A stretch of 64,000 nucleotides of DNA from assembly GCA_963792585.1 (NCBI GenBank), contig CAWBWI010000006.1, positions 960,001-1,024,000 of the forward strand, in the 5' to 3' direction. Made by a program: the position numbers and the translations under genes. A model generated the notes under the pieces. That model was given only the letters and a program-made list of their open reading frames with translations, did no database searches and had not been told where the DNA came from. Shown piece by piece: positions 42,301 to 51,443 of the stretch; the first letter of the stretch is position 1; each line of letters opens with the position of its first letter. This stretch comes from Candidatus Eiseniibacteriota bacterium (GTDB lineage Bacteria > Eisenbacteria > RBG-16-71-46 > CAIMUX01 > VGJL01).

Positions 42301-43137
42301 GTACTGATTGGCGATGTTGTCATAGGCGACCGCGGAGAACTGGGCGTCATAGGTCTGATCGCCGTCGATCCCCATGTCGCTGATCCGGAAGTCGTTCGTG
42401 CCGATCTCGGGATCGATCGTCACCGGATAGGTCGCGTGCGCGAGCGCATCGCCGTCGACGATGATCCGCGTTCCGTCCGGCCGCGCCGTCAGACTTGCGG
42501 AGAGCTCCCGCCCCTCGGCGTCGAAGACACGCACATCTCCCATGCTCACGACACCGGCCCCGGTTCGCCAAAGCCATCCACCGGCGCAGCGTTCAAGATC
42601 GCCGTCGCAGCGCACGCTTCCTCCGATGACGAGGTCGGCGCCGTCCAGCGGCAGGGGACCGCGGAGGATGAACTGCTGTTCGACATGGTCGCTGCCGAAG
42701 AGATACTGCTCCTCGATATCACCCCGGATGTAGGAGATCCGCCTCGCCCCGACCTCGAGCGGCGTCGCAACGACGGGGGGGCACGTCGCGGCCGGCGCCG
42801 CCGAGGCCGTGGCATCGAATTGCCAGTGCCATTCCGGGCCACCGCGCCGGGGTCGGAACGTGATGCCGTCCTCTTCGAACAGGACAGTGTGCCGGGGATG
42901 TTCGAGTCGGAATCCCGCCTCCGTCTTCGACAGGGCATTGACGGCGATCGCGATCGCCTGCTCGGGAACGATCCACCCTTCCGCCGAGATCCGTTCCGGA
43001 TCCGATCCGGTGGCGCAGGGAGGGATCGACGCGCAAGCCGAGGGGAGGCCGGCGGCGCCCCCGAGACGGCAATCGGTCCAGCCCGTCAGGACGGCGACGA
43101 GGAGAAGGGAAGCGAGGAAAACGGCTCGGAAACGCAT
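39307..43137 (-). CDS. Secreted 1276-aa protein with 14 tandem 67-aa acidic repeats and CTD
   Basis: Signal peptide; repeat NDFRxSDMG...PAVAY...YLVVWxGDD...EIFGQRI with 201-nt period; C-terminal SPNP...FDVQGR...GVYLAR. Confidence 0.88.
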   Translation of the reverse strand: MRFRAVFLASLLLVAVLTGWTDCRLGGAAGLPSACASIPPCATGSDPERISAEGWIVPEQAIAIAVNALSKTEAGFRLEHPRHTVLFEEDGITFRPRRGGPEWHWQFDATASAAPAATCPPVVATPLEVGARRISYIRGDIEEQYLFGSDHVEQQFILRGPLPLDGADLVIGGSVRCDGDLERCAGGWLWRTGAGVVSMGDVRVFDAEGRELSASLTARPDGTRIIVDGDALAHATYPVTIDPEIGTNDFRISDMGIDGDQTYDAQFSAVAYDNIANQYLVVWEGDDDTVGLGDGQFEIFGQRVDAASGAEIGTNDFRVSDMGPNGNAEYDATSPAVAFNPTNREFLVVWTGDDLSGLLVNGESEIFGQRIDATTGAEVGVNDFRVSDMGPDGDSLFDAVHPAVAYCAAQGEYLVVWDGDDNSGLLVEGDTEIFGQRIQAATGAEVGVNDFRLSDMGPDGDPLYDANAPAITYGSGPNEYLVVWEGDDNVGGLVDGESEIFGQRIAAATGAEVGANDFRLSDMGTTGSDVYDALAPAVAYAGGENEYLVAWSGDDNVGGVVDGEFEIFCQRIAAATGAEVGVNDSRLSQMGQDGDPLFDALAPAVAYNPTAHEYLVVWHGDTDGSGLGEGELEVFCQRVSAVTGAQAGTDDSRLSDLGTDGNTLAAALHPSVTFAAAQGQFLVIWEGDDDAVGLADDEFELWGQRVVAATGAETGVNDFRLSDMGPDGDIDYDADQPAVAYNPDRHQYLVVWQGDDDLGTLVDGETEIFGQRIDALTGREIGTNDLRISDMGPAGDPAYDAQSPVAVYSQVHQEYLVVWAGEDDNGALVNGEFEIFGQRIDAVTGAQVGVDDFRISDMGPDGDALYDAAEPALAYNPTLDEYIVVWEGDDNTLPLVEGETEIFGQRISGSTGAEVGSNDFRVSDMGSDSDFEFDAAVPAVAFNSSANQYLVAWAGEDNSGLLVNGEFEIYGQLLTGAGSAVGPNDFRISDMGTDGDPNFDAFAPAAAYDPFVNQYLVAWEGEDNIAPLVAGEFEIFAQRIDGAGGAQLGANDFRVSDMGPNGDPLYDAQAPAVVFNGREREFLVLWHGDDNTGLLADGESEIFGQRIVASTGLETGENDFRLSDMGPDGDGLFDALRPAVVYAAPINEFLVVWVGDDDALGIGPNEFEVYGQRYFYVPTSDVASGGLRPIGLAIENASPNPTGGILHISILVSEPGSVDLTLFDVQGRAVTRRTTSVSGEGVVNLELDTAGLPNGVYLARAAMGRGFDARRVVVAR
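39600..42410 (-). repeat. 14 x ~201-nt coding tandem repeat
   Basis: The SDMG Met codon recurs at 42373, 42172, 41971, 41770 ... 39763. Confidence 0.9.
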
Positions 43138-43152
43138 GTCATCCGTCCTTTC

Positions 43153-44202
43153 TCAGGAGATTGTCTGGTTCGGGGCGAGGTCGGTCGCGCCCTCGAGCGG
43201 CGCGGGACACCCGAAGTACCGTTCGTGGGCGACATCCACGATTCGCAGGATGAGGCTGTTGAAGTCGTAGCCGGCGGCCCTCGCCGCCGTCACATAGGCG
43301 CCACCCTGTCCCAGGGACGCCATGGAGTTGATTTCGAGAACGAAGGGTTTGCCTCGATGGTCGAGGCGGATATCGACGCGGGCGTAGTCCCTGCACTGAC
43401 AGGCGCGGAAGACGCCCAAACCGACCTCTCGAATCAACGACGTGGAGGCGCCGTCGAGCGGCGCCGGGCAAAGCTTCTGCGGCTCATCCGACGTCTTGTG
43501 GAACTTGTCCGAACCCGTCACCATCCTCAGCGATCGCCCGCCGAAGTCGATCTCCGTCAACGGGAGGATTCCGGCCGATCCGTTTCCCAAGAGCGCGACG
43601 GCGACCTCCCGCCCTTCGATGTACTCCTCGACCAGGGCATCCTGCCGGAACTCGGTGACGATTCTCTCGACCGCGGGGCTCAACTCATCTCGATCGTGCA
43701 CGAGGGCCAGCCCGCAGCTCGTCGACTCGAAACGCGGCTTCACCACGAGCGGGAACGTCAGCGCATCCGCCTTCCGCAGCTCATCCGATCCGCCCATGAG
43801 ACAGAATGAAGGGGTGGGGATCCCCTCTTGCTGGATCCGCAGCTTCGTGAGCGCCTTGTCCAGGCAGATGGCGTGCGCACGCGGCCCCGACCCTGTATAG
43901 GGCACGCCGGCCATCTCGAGCATCACCGGAACCTGCGAATAGCGGGCCTCACCCTGACTCCCGTAGGACATGTTGAAGACCATCCCCGTCGGCCGCCCGC
44001 TCAGCGGATCGGGAGGCATGAACTCCTTCAGTTCATGAAGCAGGGTCATGTCGCCTTCGAAGACCGCGGCGACATGGCCACCGCTGCGAAGCGCGTCGAG
44101 GACGGCTTGAACAGACTTCCGGCCGTATGTCTCGGGAGACTTCTGCCCGAAGTGGTTGATCACACCTTGATCGGAACGGTTCCGTACGACGGCGATTCTC
44201 AT
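43153..44202 (-). CDS. ATP-grasp ligase, D-Ala-D-Ala-ligase-like
   Basis: VPYTGS, CLDK, PLVVKPRFESTS, LVEEYIEGREV, CRDYARVDIR, LEINSM; lacks the canonical Ddl GGxSxE. Confidence 0.88.
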   Translation of the reverse strand: MRIAVVRNRSDQGVINHFGQKSPETYGRKSVQAVLDALRSGGHVAAVFEGDMTLLHELKEFMPPDPLSGRPTGMVFNMSYGSQGEARYSQVPVMLEMAGVPYTGSGPRAHAICLDKALTKLRIQQEGIPTPSFCLMGGSDELRKADALTFPLVVKPRFESTSCGLALVHDRDELSPAVERIVTEFRQDALVEEYIEGREVAVALLGNGSAGILPLTEIDFGGRSLRMVTGSDKFHKTSDEPQKLCPAPLDGASTSLIREVGLGVFRACQCRDYARVDIRLDHRGKPFVLEINSMASLGQGGAYVTAARAAGYDFNSLILRIVDVAHERYFGCPAPLEGATDLAPNQTIS

Positions 44203-45212
44203 GAGAGCGGCTCCCTTTCGAGTGCAGGTCGTGGATACGATGAGGTCGACGGGTTCGGGCGAGCATCGCGAGCGAGCTCGGCGCGCGGCGGCGCAGTGGA
44301 GACGGCTCCGGCCTGCGCTGGGGCGAGGCCGAGCGCCAGGGCTGGGATCGGGCCGTCGACCACCGCGGGCTTCGCGATCCGCTTCTTGCCCTTCTTGCCC
44401 TTCCTCCTCTTCTTCACCGGAGGATTGAGGGACGAGAAGAGGCGGTAGCCGAGATACTCGGTGATCAGGATGATCAGGCCGATCTCGAGGATCAGCAGCT
44501 CCGGAAAGCGAACGAGGGTGGTTACGAAACCGGGGATTTCCGCGATCTTCGTGATGAGCACGGCGACGGCGGCCGTGACCGCGCCCCGCCAGAGCGCCGA
44601 ACGCTTCCCTTCCCGGTGGAGCGTGGAGGCAAACGCATCACCGGTAAGGCAAAGAGCAACAATGGGGAAGTAGGCCACGCGCCGGAGACCATCCAGGTCG
44701 AAGGAGCGGCTGATCGACAATGTGGCGGCGATCACCACGGCGACCGTGCTCATCACGACGGAGACCCTTCCGTAGTAGGGAAGCCGGATCCTCTTGAGCG
44801 GCCGGCGCACCGCGACGATGACCCCGAGAACGACCGCCAGAAAGAAGAGGCCGAGCGGGATTCCGGTCGCCTGAAACGCCACGGCGAGCAAGAAGGAGCG
44901 GAAGGGTCCGAGCACGCGGATTCCCAGCGTGACGCGGAAGAAGACGACGATGACGGCTGCCAGCGGCACCAAGAGGACCGATCCGACCCGCTTCCCCGTT
45001 TCTCCGCCGACGCCGGCCAGCGAGGATGCGTGCTCGAGAAGCTCCCCGATCGTCGTTCCCGACAGCTTGAGGCCGATCATCAGGAGGGGCAGCGAGACGA
45101 GCAGGACGACGAATGCCTTCCGGGCCCCGCGAATGCGCCCCCGACCCGTCAGCAGGCGCCGCCGCCCGCGCGCGTTTGGAGCGTCCGCACGGAGGCTCGG
45201 CTCAGACGCCAT
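44199..45212 (-). CDS. 7TM-domain membrane protein (7TM_transglut-like) with basic C-tail
   Basis: ATG 45212 overlapping the ggt end; LLVPL...RVTLGIRVLG, FPIV, FPELL, YLGYRL; KKRRKGKKGKKR tail. Confidence 0.72.
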   Translation of the reverse strand: MASEPSLRADAPNARGRRRLLTGRGRIRGARKAFVVLLVSLPLLMIGLKLSGTTIGELLEHASSLAGVGGETGKRVGSVLLVPLAAVIVVFFRVTLGIRVLGPFRSFLLAVAFQATGIPLGLFFLAVVLGVIVAVRRPLKRIRLPYYGRVSVVMSTVAVVIAATLSISRSFDLDGLRRVAYFPIVALCLTGDAFASTLHREGKRSALWRGAVTAAVAVLITKIAEIPGFVTTLVRFPELLILEIGLIILITEYLGYRLFSSLNPPVKKRRKGKKGKKRIAKPAVVDGPIPALALGLAPAQAGAVSTAPPRAELARDARPNPSTSSYPRPALEREPLS

Positions 45213-46893
45213 CAGCGGTGCCCTCCCGCCGGGGATCCGCCGCCCCGATCCAGTCCCCGTTCGCATCGCGCGCGATCGCCTGCACTCCGCCCATGGCATA
45301 GCTTCTGGACGCCTTGATCTGGACCGGCTGGAAGGAACGTGAGATCTCTTCGAGGACATCGGTCGCGGCCGCGCGCCGCTCCAGCATGACCCGCCCCGAA
45401 GTGGTTGCATGAATTCGCGGGGCGTCCACCGCCTCGGGAAGATCCATCCCCCGGTGAAGGATGTTCGCCATGACCTGGAGGATCGAGGAAGTGATGCGCC
45501 GGCTTCCGGCCGCGCCGATCGCAAGGATGGGGTCCTGCCCTCCATCCGGTCGCCGGCGCAGGACCAGTGTGGGCGCCGCATTGGATTGCGGGGTGGCCCC
45601 GCTCGCGAGACGGCTCGGGTGGCGGTACCGAGGACAGGTGCAGAGGTAATTGTTGTAGAAGAAACCGAGGCGGGAGTTCGCGACCTTCGCCCCGAACAGG
45701 GACTGCACCGATTGCGTGAGGCTGACGACCATCCCGGAGGCATCGGCGACACACAGATGCGTCGTGTCACCAGGTCCCTCCGCCGTCGGACGATCGGAGC
45801 CTGAATTCCCTGCGAGAATTCCACGAGCGATCTCCTCGGCCCGTTCGTCACTCACGAGCCACGCAAGGAGGGATCGAGGTGTGCCGTCCGCCCGAACGGG
45901 CCACCGATCCCGCTCCTGAAAGATCGCGCGCGTGACCTGAGCGATCGCCGCATACCATGTGGGGAGCGCGCACCCTTCGGGCAGTCCGAGTTTCTCGAGA
46001 ACCCGCAACCCCAAGAGCAGCTGCACGCCGCCGCCGGGCGGGGGAACGCTCACGATCCGGTACCCTTGGTGATCGATCGACAGCCCCTCCCTCGTGACGG
46101 GGAGGCGGCAGCCGGACAGATCTTCCCTGGTGATCAGCCCATCCTGCTCGCGCATGTCGGCGACGATGTCGTCCGCGATCGCTCCACGGTAAAAATCATC
46201 GACCCCGAATTCGGAGATTCGTTCCAGCGCGCGCCCCAACTCCGGCTGGCGCAGAATCGAGCCGGTCTTGAGCGGCTTTCCATCGGGCATGAAGCGACGA
46301 CGTGCGAGCGGGGACGCCTCGAGCGCCGTTCCGCACCACTGGATTTGCTTCCGAAGCAACCGCGTCACCGCGAAGCCCTCGTTGGCAAGAGCGGTGGCCG
46401 GTCCCAGTACCGCCGATAGCGGGAGTCTTCCGAATCGCTCCGATGCCGCGCCCAGGGTTGCGGGAGTGGACGGAATCGTGCACGCGCGCGCTCCGCGCCT
46501 CTGCTCGCTCCGGCTGATGCTCTTTCGGCCGGCCCCGGCCGGGCCGTGAGAATGACCGTCCAAGATCACGTTCTTCCCGTCCGGAAGGTGGATGAGCATG
46601 GTCGTCTGCCCGCCGAGACCGGAGCCGCTCGGTTCGCATACCGAGAGGGCCCAGGCGGCTGCGACCGCTGCGTCCACCGCGTTCCCGCCGGACCGAAGGA
46701 TCTCCATCGCCGCCTCGCTGGCGGCGGGGAACGCGGTGGCAACGACGCAACTGGGACCACGCGCGACGCGATCGGTCGGCCGTGCCTTGATCCCACTCCC
46801 GATTTCGGTCACGGCTACCCCCGGATGCGCAGGGTCGTTCATCGGACCCGGCGCCAGTTCCGTCGATGGACCGCCCGGCGGATGTCCCCGCAT
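45202..46893 (-). CDS. ggt: Gamma-glutamyltransferase family protein
   Basis: GGNAVDAAVA, EPSGSGLGG, nucleophile TTHL, GAAGSRRI, AADPRREG; ATG at 46893 overlaps the upstream TGA (alternative start 46842). Confidence 0.9.
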   Translation of the reverse strand: MRGHPPGGPSTELAPGPMNDPAHPGVAVTEIGSGIKARPTDRVARGPSCVVATAFPAASEAAMEILRSGGNAVDAAVAAAWALSVCEPSGSGLGGQTTMLIHLPDGKNVILDGHSHGPAGAGRKSISRSEQRRGARACTIPSTPATLGAASERFGRLPLSAVLGPATALANEGFAVTRLLRKQIQWCGTALEASPLARRRFMPDGKPLKTGSILRQPELGRALERISEFGVDDFYRGAIADDIVADMREQDGLITREDLSGCRLPVTREGLSIDHQGYRIVSVPPPGGGVQLLLGLRVLEKLGLPEGCALPTWYAAIAQVTRAIFQERDRWPVRADGTPRSLLAWLVSDERAEEIARGILAGNSGSDRPTAEGPGDTTHLCVADASGMVVSLTQSVQSLFGAKVANSRLGFFYNNYLCTCPRYRHPSRLASGATPQSNAAPTLVLRRRPDGGQDPILAIGAAGSRRITSSILQVMANILHRGMDLPEAVDAPRIHATTSGRVMLERRAAATDVLEEISRSFQPVQIKASRSYAMGGVQAIARDANGDWIGAADPRREGTADGV

Positions 46894-48188
46894 CACAGGG
46901 AGCGCCCGTACGCGGCGGTGGCTTCCTCGGACCGCGAATTCGTTTCCATCTCCGCGGATTCGGATCGCCCCGAAAATGCCGCCGGCTTCAGTTGATCGAG
47001 CCAGATCGCCCGGTCGTCGCGGTGGAAGATCATCACACGGCCGACATTCTCCTCGTCCTTGGCCCGGTGATAGCGGGTGTATATGAAGTCGGCGTCGACG
47101 CCGATCACCTCGACCTTGCCGGTCGCGTGAGACATGCAGAATCGCGCGCGGCGCGACAGACCCGAAGACAGTTCCTGAGCCTGACTGAAGATCCTCCAGC
47201 TCTCCACGATCGGGATGTCGAAGGGCTCGTTTCCCGCAGTGGGTCTGCACTGAAAGACGTAGTATTGGGGCGCGCCCAGATTCGTCATCGTGTTGAAGAG
47301 CGCCGCCAGGGTTTCCGGTTTGTCGTTGATCCCCCGGATCATGGGGCACTGGTTCACGACGCGCGCGCCACTGCGCATCGCGCAGGTGACCGCCTCGCGC
47401 GCCTCGGCGGTGAGTTCCCGGGGATGATCGAAGTGCGCCATGATGTAGAGCGCTCTCTCGGGTGTGGCGATCTCCCGTATGAGGCGCTGCAATTCAGGGT
47501 CGTCGAGCAGGCGGAATGGATTGAACGCGAGCATCTTGCTGCCCGTGCGGATCGTGCGGACGTGCGGGATGGCCGCCAGGCGCTCGAGGATGGGCCGCAG
47601 TTTGCCGGTGCTCATGATCAAGGGGTCCCCGCCGGTCAGGAGCACGTCCGTGATTTCCGAGTGCGAAGCGATGTAGGCGAACGCGGGCTCGAGTTCGTGT
47701 ACGGCTTCGTCGTGGTCGTTCATGAAGAGCCGCTTCCGAAAGCAGTAACGGCAGTAAGCGCCGCAGACGTTGTTGACCAGCACCAGCGCCGTGTCCCGGT
47801 ACTTGTGCTGGACGCCCTGCGCCACCGTCACGGCAGCCTCGTTGCTGGCGTCGAGCTTTCCCCACTCGGTCATCTCCCCGCTCGTGGGGATGACGAGCCT
47901 TCGGATCGGGTCTTCGGGATCGTTCCAGTCGATCAGGTTGAGGTAGTAGTCATTCGCCCGGAAGACGTACCGCTTCGACACTTCCTCGAGCGCTTTCTTG
48001 GCTTCCTCGGACAGGCCCTCGACCTGTTGCAGGGAGCGGATGTACTTGACCTTCCTCGACTGCGAACCGGTGGAGGGAACCTCCACGCTGGCCGGCGTGC
48101 GCGACGGGCTCTGTCCAACGTATCCCGAATCTATCCCGGTGGTCTGGATGTCATAGCTGCTGGCCTGGGGTTCGTAATCGTTGTTCAC
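46893..48188 (-). CDS. KamA-family radical SAM 2,3-aminomutase
   Basis: YYLNLIDW, GVQHKY, CGAYCRYCFRKR, VLLTGGDPL, HFDHPRE, GIND, SHATGK. Confidence 0.92.
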   Translation of the reverse strand: MNNDYEPQASSYDIQTTGIDSGYVGQSPSRTPASVEVPSTGSQSRKVKYIRSLQQVEGLSEEAKKALEEVSKRYVFRANDYYLNLIDWNDPEDPIRRLVIPTSGEMTEWGKLDASNEAAVTVAQGVQHKYRDTALVLVNNVCGAYCRYCFRKRLFMNDHDEAVHELEPAFAYIASHSEITDVLLTGGDPLIMSTGKLRPILERLAAIPHVRTIRTGSKMLAFNPFRLLDDPELQRLIREIATPERALYIMAHFDHPRELTAEAREAVTCAMRSGARVVNQCPMIRGINDKPETLAALFNTMTNLGAPQYYVFQCRPTAGNEPFDIPIVESWRIFSQAQELSSGLSRRARFCMSHATGKVEVIGVDADFIYTRYHRAKDEENVGRVMIFHRDDRAIWLDQLKPAAFSGRSESAEMETNSRSEEATAAYGRSL

Positions 48189-48493
48189 GGCGTTGCTCCT
48201 CGTGCAAGGGACCGAATCTCAACTTCGACGGACCGGATTGAGACCGCGACCGGGTCTTCTCCTTGCAGTGCGACTCCACGCCGATTCGATACATCGATTT
48301 CGGGGAATTGAAGGAATGTCCTTCCGATGTGCAGAGTGGATCACGGGCGGATCAAGCCGTCGCGCACACACGCACGCATCCAGAGACGATGCGACCGCGC
48401 TAGAGAGCCGCGATGGTGGATGCAGCTACGGCTTGGTAACTGCGGATCGGGGGCGCGGATCCATCCGGCGGGGTGGACGAGGCTCGTCGCGAT

Positions 48494-49993
48494 CTATCGT
48501 GGAAGGATGCTCACGCGGGAACCCAGCGCTTCTCCTTCCGTCCCGATGCGAACGAAGTAGGTTCCCGGGGAAACGAGACGGGCCGCCTGATCTCTGCCGT
48601 CCCACACGGGCCGGTTCGACCGGCCGAGAACGCGCACGAGCCTTCCCGCGGAATCGAAGATCCGCACATCGAGCTCTCCGAGACTCTCGGGGGCAACGAT
48701 GCGTACATCGCCGGCGCTTGGATTCGGAACGGCGCGGAGATGCTCTCGAGCAAGGACCCCATCGCCCACCGCCGCAATCCCTTCGAGAGCCGCGGGGAGA
48801 TAGATCCGTCCGCTGCCGAGCTTGCCCTGGTATGGATCATTGCCCGGAATCTGGTCGATCGGATCGACGGCGGACTCGATCCGCAGTCGGACGACCTCGG
48901 GAATCTCCAGTGGAAGGAGACTTCGTATCAGGGCGGCCTCGCCGGCAACAAAGGGCGTGGCGAAGGAGCATCCGGCCCCCATGGCCCATAGCCCGCCCGG
49001 ATAGGAACTCCGAACGCCGGTACCGGGGGCGGCTACCAGGACCTTGGAATGCCAGTCGGCAAAGGCGGCTTTCGTGTCCAGCGAGTCGACGGCGGTCACC
49101 ATTTCCGCCTCTTCCGTCCCGGCGGGATAGTAGAGTTGCTCCAGATTGTCGTTGCCGGCCCCGGCGACGACGATGATGCCGTGTTCCCGGGCCAGCTCGA
49201 GCTGATGGCGAATGATCGCGACCCCGCGGGGAACTCCGAAGCTCATATTGAGCACATGGGCCCCTTGATTCACCGCGTAGCTGATTCCCTTTGCGATCTG
49301 GTATGCGTCGCCGTTGCCCTCGTCGCTGAGGACGCGAATGGGAAGGAGCGTGGCCTCCGGGGCGACCAGAGCCACGATGCCGGCGACCATGGTCCCGTGA
49401 CCGTAACCCTCGTCCGCGACGCCGTCCTGATCTTCATCCAGTCCGTTGGCGATCTCCCAGGGACTGCTGTCATCGTCGACGAAGTCGTATCCGAACGGGG
49501 AGAGCTTCGCTTGGATCGCTTCATGGCCGGGATCCACGCCCGTGTCCAGAACGGCAACGGTGACGCCGGCGCCTCGGCTCATCAGGTGCGCGGCATCGAG
49601 ACCGATTCGAGGGCCGATGCTCTGATCTTCGTAGTCGACGTAGCCTCCGCCGACGATGACGATCACCATCTGACGGATGGTCTCCGGCGTGTCGTGGAAG
49701 TAGTTGGCCTCGGCCTCCAGGATTGCCGGATCGGTTTCCATCTGCGATGCCAACCCTTCGACGTCACCCAAATCGGTCGCATCGAGAAGGTACAGGTTCC
49801 CTTCCGGGTAGGCGTCCAGTGTGGTGGTCCCCCAAACGGAGTTGACCTCCTCGATGACATGCCCAGGCTGCAGGTTCACAACCACCTGAGCGGCCTCGTA
49901 GTCATCGGCGATCGCCAGGGCGGGCAGGAGCAGCCCGATCGCGCAGAGGACCCGGCCCATCAGCGGTTGCAGAAGCTTCACGTTGCTCCTCAT
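48494..49993 (-). CDS. Secreted S8 subtilisin-like protease with CTD
   Basis: VAVLDTG (Asp), GHGTMVAG (His), GCSFATP (Ser); C-terminal PNP...FDSAGR...WDG. Confidence 0.9.
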   Translation of the reverse strand: MRSNVKLLQPLMGRVLCAIGLLLPALAIADDYEAAQVVVNLQPGHVIEEVNSVWGTTTLDAYPEGNLYLLDATDLGDVEGLASQMETDPAILEAEANYFHDTPETIRQMVIVIVGGGYVDYEDQSIGPRIGLDAAHLMSRGAGVTVAVLDTGVDPGHEAIQAKLSPFGYDFVDDDSSPWEIANGLDEDQDGVADEGYGHGTMVAGIVALVAPEATLLPIRVLSDEGNGDAYQIAKGISYAVNQGAHVLNMSFGVPRGVAIIRHQLELAREHGIIVVAGAGNDNLEQLYYPAGTEEAEMVTAVDSLDTKAAFADWHSKVLVAAPGTGVRSSYPGGLWAMGAGCSFATPFVAGEAALIRSLLPLEIPEVVRLRIESAVDPIDQIPGNDPYQGKLGSGRIYLPAALEGIAAVGDGVLAREHLRAVPNPSAGDVRIVAPESLGELDVRIFDSAGRLVRVLGRSNRPVWDGRDQAARLVSPGTYFVRIGTEGEALGSRVSILPR

Positions 49994-50205
49994 CTCTCTC
50001 GGCCCCTGCCCGGGCGCAGGAACGGCGGGTAACACCCTCGTCGGCCCGGCCCTCGACCATCGGGGGCGACCTGAACGACTCCTTGCAGTCGTCCATATTT
50101 CGGCGATTGATACAAAAGGATACCATTCCCCCGTTCCCAGCTTCCATCCCCCGTACCCCAGGGGTGCGCCCGGGGTTTGCGGGCCCGGCGGTCTATCGTG
50201 GTAGG

Positions 50206-50778
50206 ATGCTGACCATGCGTGAGTTGCACGGTTGGGTGGCGGATCTCCAGGCTGGTGACGACGGGGCCTGGAGGGAGTTCATTCGGGTCTTCTCTCGATT
50301 CGTCCCCCTCGTTGCCGGCCGGCTCGGCCTCACGGCGGAAGAAAAGGAGGAAGTCCTCCAGGAGATGACCCTGACCGCCTACCGATCGATCCGGAATCTC
50401 CGCGATCCGGAACGGCTGAGTTCCTGGACGTACACCATCGCCCGCCGGGCGGCCATCACCATGTGGCGCTCCAAGAAACGGCATCCGGGCTCCGAGCATG
50501 ACGAGGAGGCGGAATTCGACAGGCTTCCCTCCGGGGAGCCCGCGGTCGATACGATCTTGATCGATCACGAGGAAGGTCAGAAGCTGCGCGAGGCGGTCGC
50601 CACGCTTCGCCCTCTATGCCGTGGGCTCATCGATGACCTCTTCCTGAAGGAACCGCGGCGAAGCTACCAGGAGGTCTCGCAGGAACGGAGCATGCCGATC
50701 GGGAGCATCGGTCCGACCCTGGCCCGTTGCCTTCAGACCCTTCGCCAGGCATGGAAATCGGTATCAAATACAGGATGA
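50206..50778 (+). CDS. ECF sigma-70 factor
   Basis: EEVLQE, LRDPERLSSW, SYQEVSQERSMPIGSIGPTLARCL. Confidence 0.9.
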   Translation: MLTMRELHGWVADLQAGDDGAWREFIRVFSRFVPLVAGRLGLTAEEKEEVLQEMTLTAYRSIRNLRDPERLSSWTYTIARRAAITMWRSKKRHPGSEHDEEAEFDRLPSGEPAVDTILIDHEEGQKLREAVATLRPLCRGLIDDLFLKEPRRSYQEVSQERSMPIGSIGPTLARCLQTLRQAWKSVSNTG

Positions 50779-50843
50779 GGGTCCTCTGCAATGAGTGACC
50801 AGTCGTTTGGGAACCATGTCGAGCCGTTACTAGAGGAGCAACC

Positions 50844-51440
50844 GTGTCGGAGATAACCCGTCCGCAAGATGATCCGCTCCTGCAGGCACCCGAGCTGCGT
50901 GAGATGATCTGGGCGTTGGAACTTACCTCGGCTCCCGAGTTGAGCCCGCAGAAGGTCGCCACCCTCTGGCGGGAAGTCCGATCGAGGGCATCCGCCGGCG
51001 CGGCGCCGGGCGTTGCAGGAATCCTGAATCAGATGCGCGATGGCTTGGCGCACGCCTTGCGCGAGATTGCCGCGACCCTCGTCCAGGAGTCGCTCGTCCC
51101 GTCACCGGCCGTCCGCAGCACCGAGACGGCCCTGCCGAGGCTCCTGGTTTACGAGACCGATGAGTATGCGATCTCTCTCACGTTTCAGGCGCCCCCCGAG
51201 GCGACGCTTCTGAAGCTCATCGGTCAAGTGGTTCCAAAGCTCGCGCCCGACCTCCCCCCGGGAGGCGAGATCGCCGTGTGGAGCGAGTCCGAGACGAAGT
51301 TCGGCCGGCTTGACACGAACGGCGAATTCTCCGTGGAAGGCGTCCAGAGCGGCGATCTCCACATCGACATCCTGCTCGGGACCGACTCGATTCAGCTTTC
51401 TCCGATCCACACCGGGGCCTTCCGGGCCAGGGAGGACTAG
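50844..51440 (+). CDS. Hypothetical protein, putative anti-sigma factor with beta-sandwich C-terminus
   Basis: GTG with GAGGAG RBS, directly after the ECF gene; AVRS...LLVYE...LIGQV...DTNGEF; the function is inferred. Confidence 0.6.
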   Translation: MSEITRPQDDPLLQAPELREMIWALELTSAPELSPQKVATLWREVRSRASAGAAPGVAGILNQMRDGLAHALREIAATLVQESLVPSPAVRSTETALPRLLVYETDEYAISLTFQAPPEATLLKLIGQVVPKLAPDLPPGGEIAVWSESETKFGRLDTNGEFSVEGVQSGDLHIDILLGTDSIQLSPIHTGAFRARED

Positions 51441-51443
51441 AAA

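Noticed and set aside
39600..42410. CRISPR-like or DGR-like periodic repeats
   Set aside because: The period is a multiple of three with synonymous variation inside one ORF; there are no spacers, cas genes or reverse transcriptase.
48950..48985. S8 nucleophile motif GCSFATP instead of GTSxAxP as a sign of inactivity
   Set aside because: The catalytic Asp, His and Ser are all present; a single Thr-to-Cys change is not enough to call the enzyme inactive or novel.
51438..51440. Pyrrolysine at the in-frame TAG
   Set aside because: No pyl genes or methylamine methyltransferase context in the window, and a strong RBS at the junction favours re-initiation.
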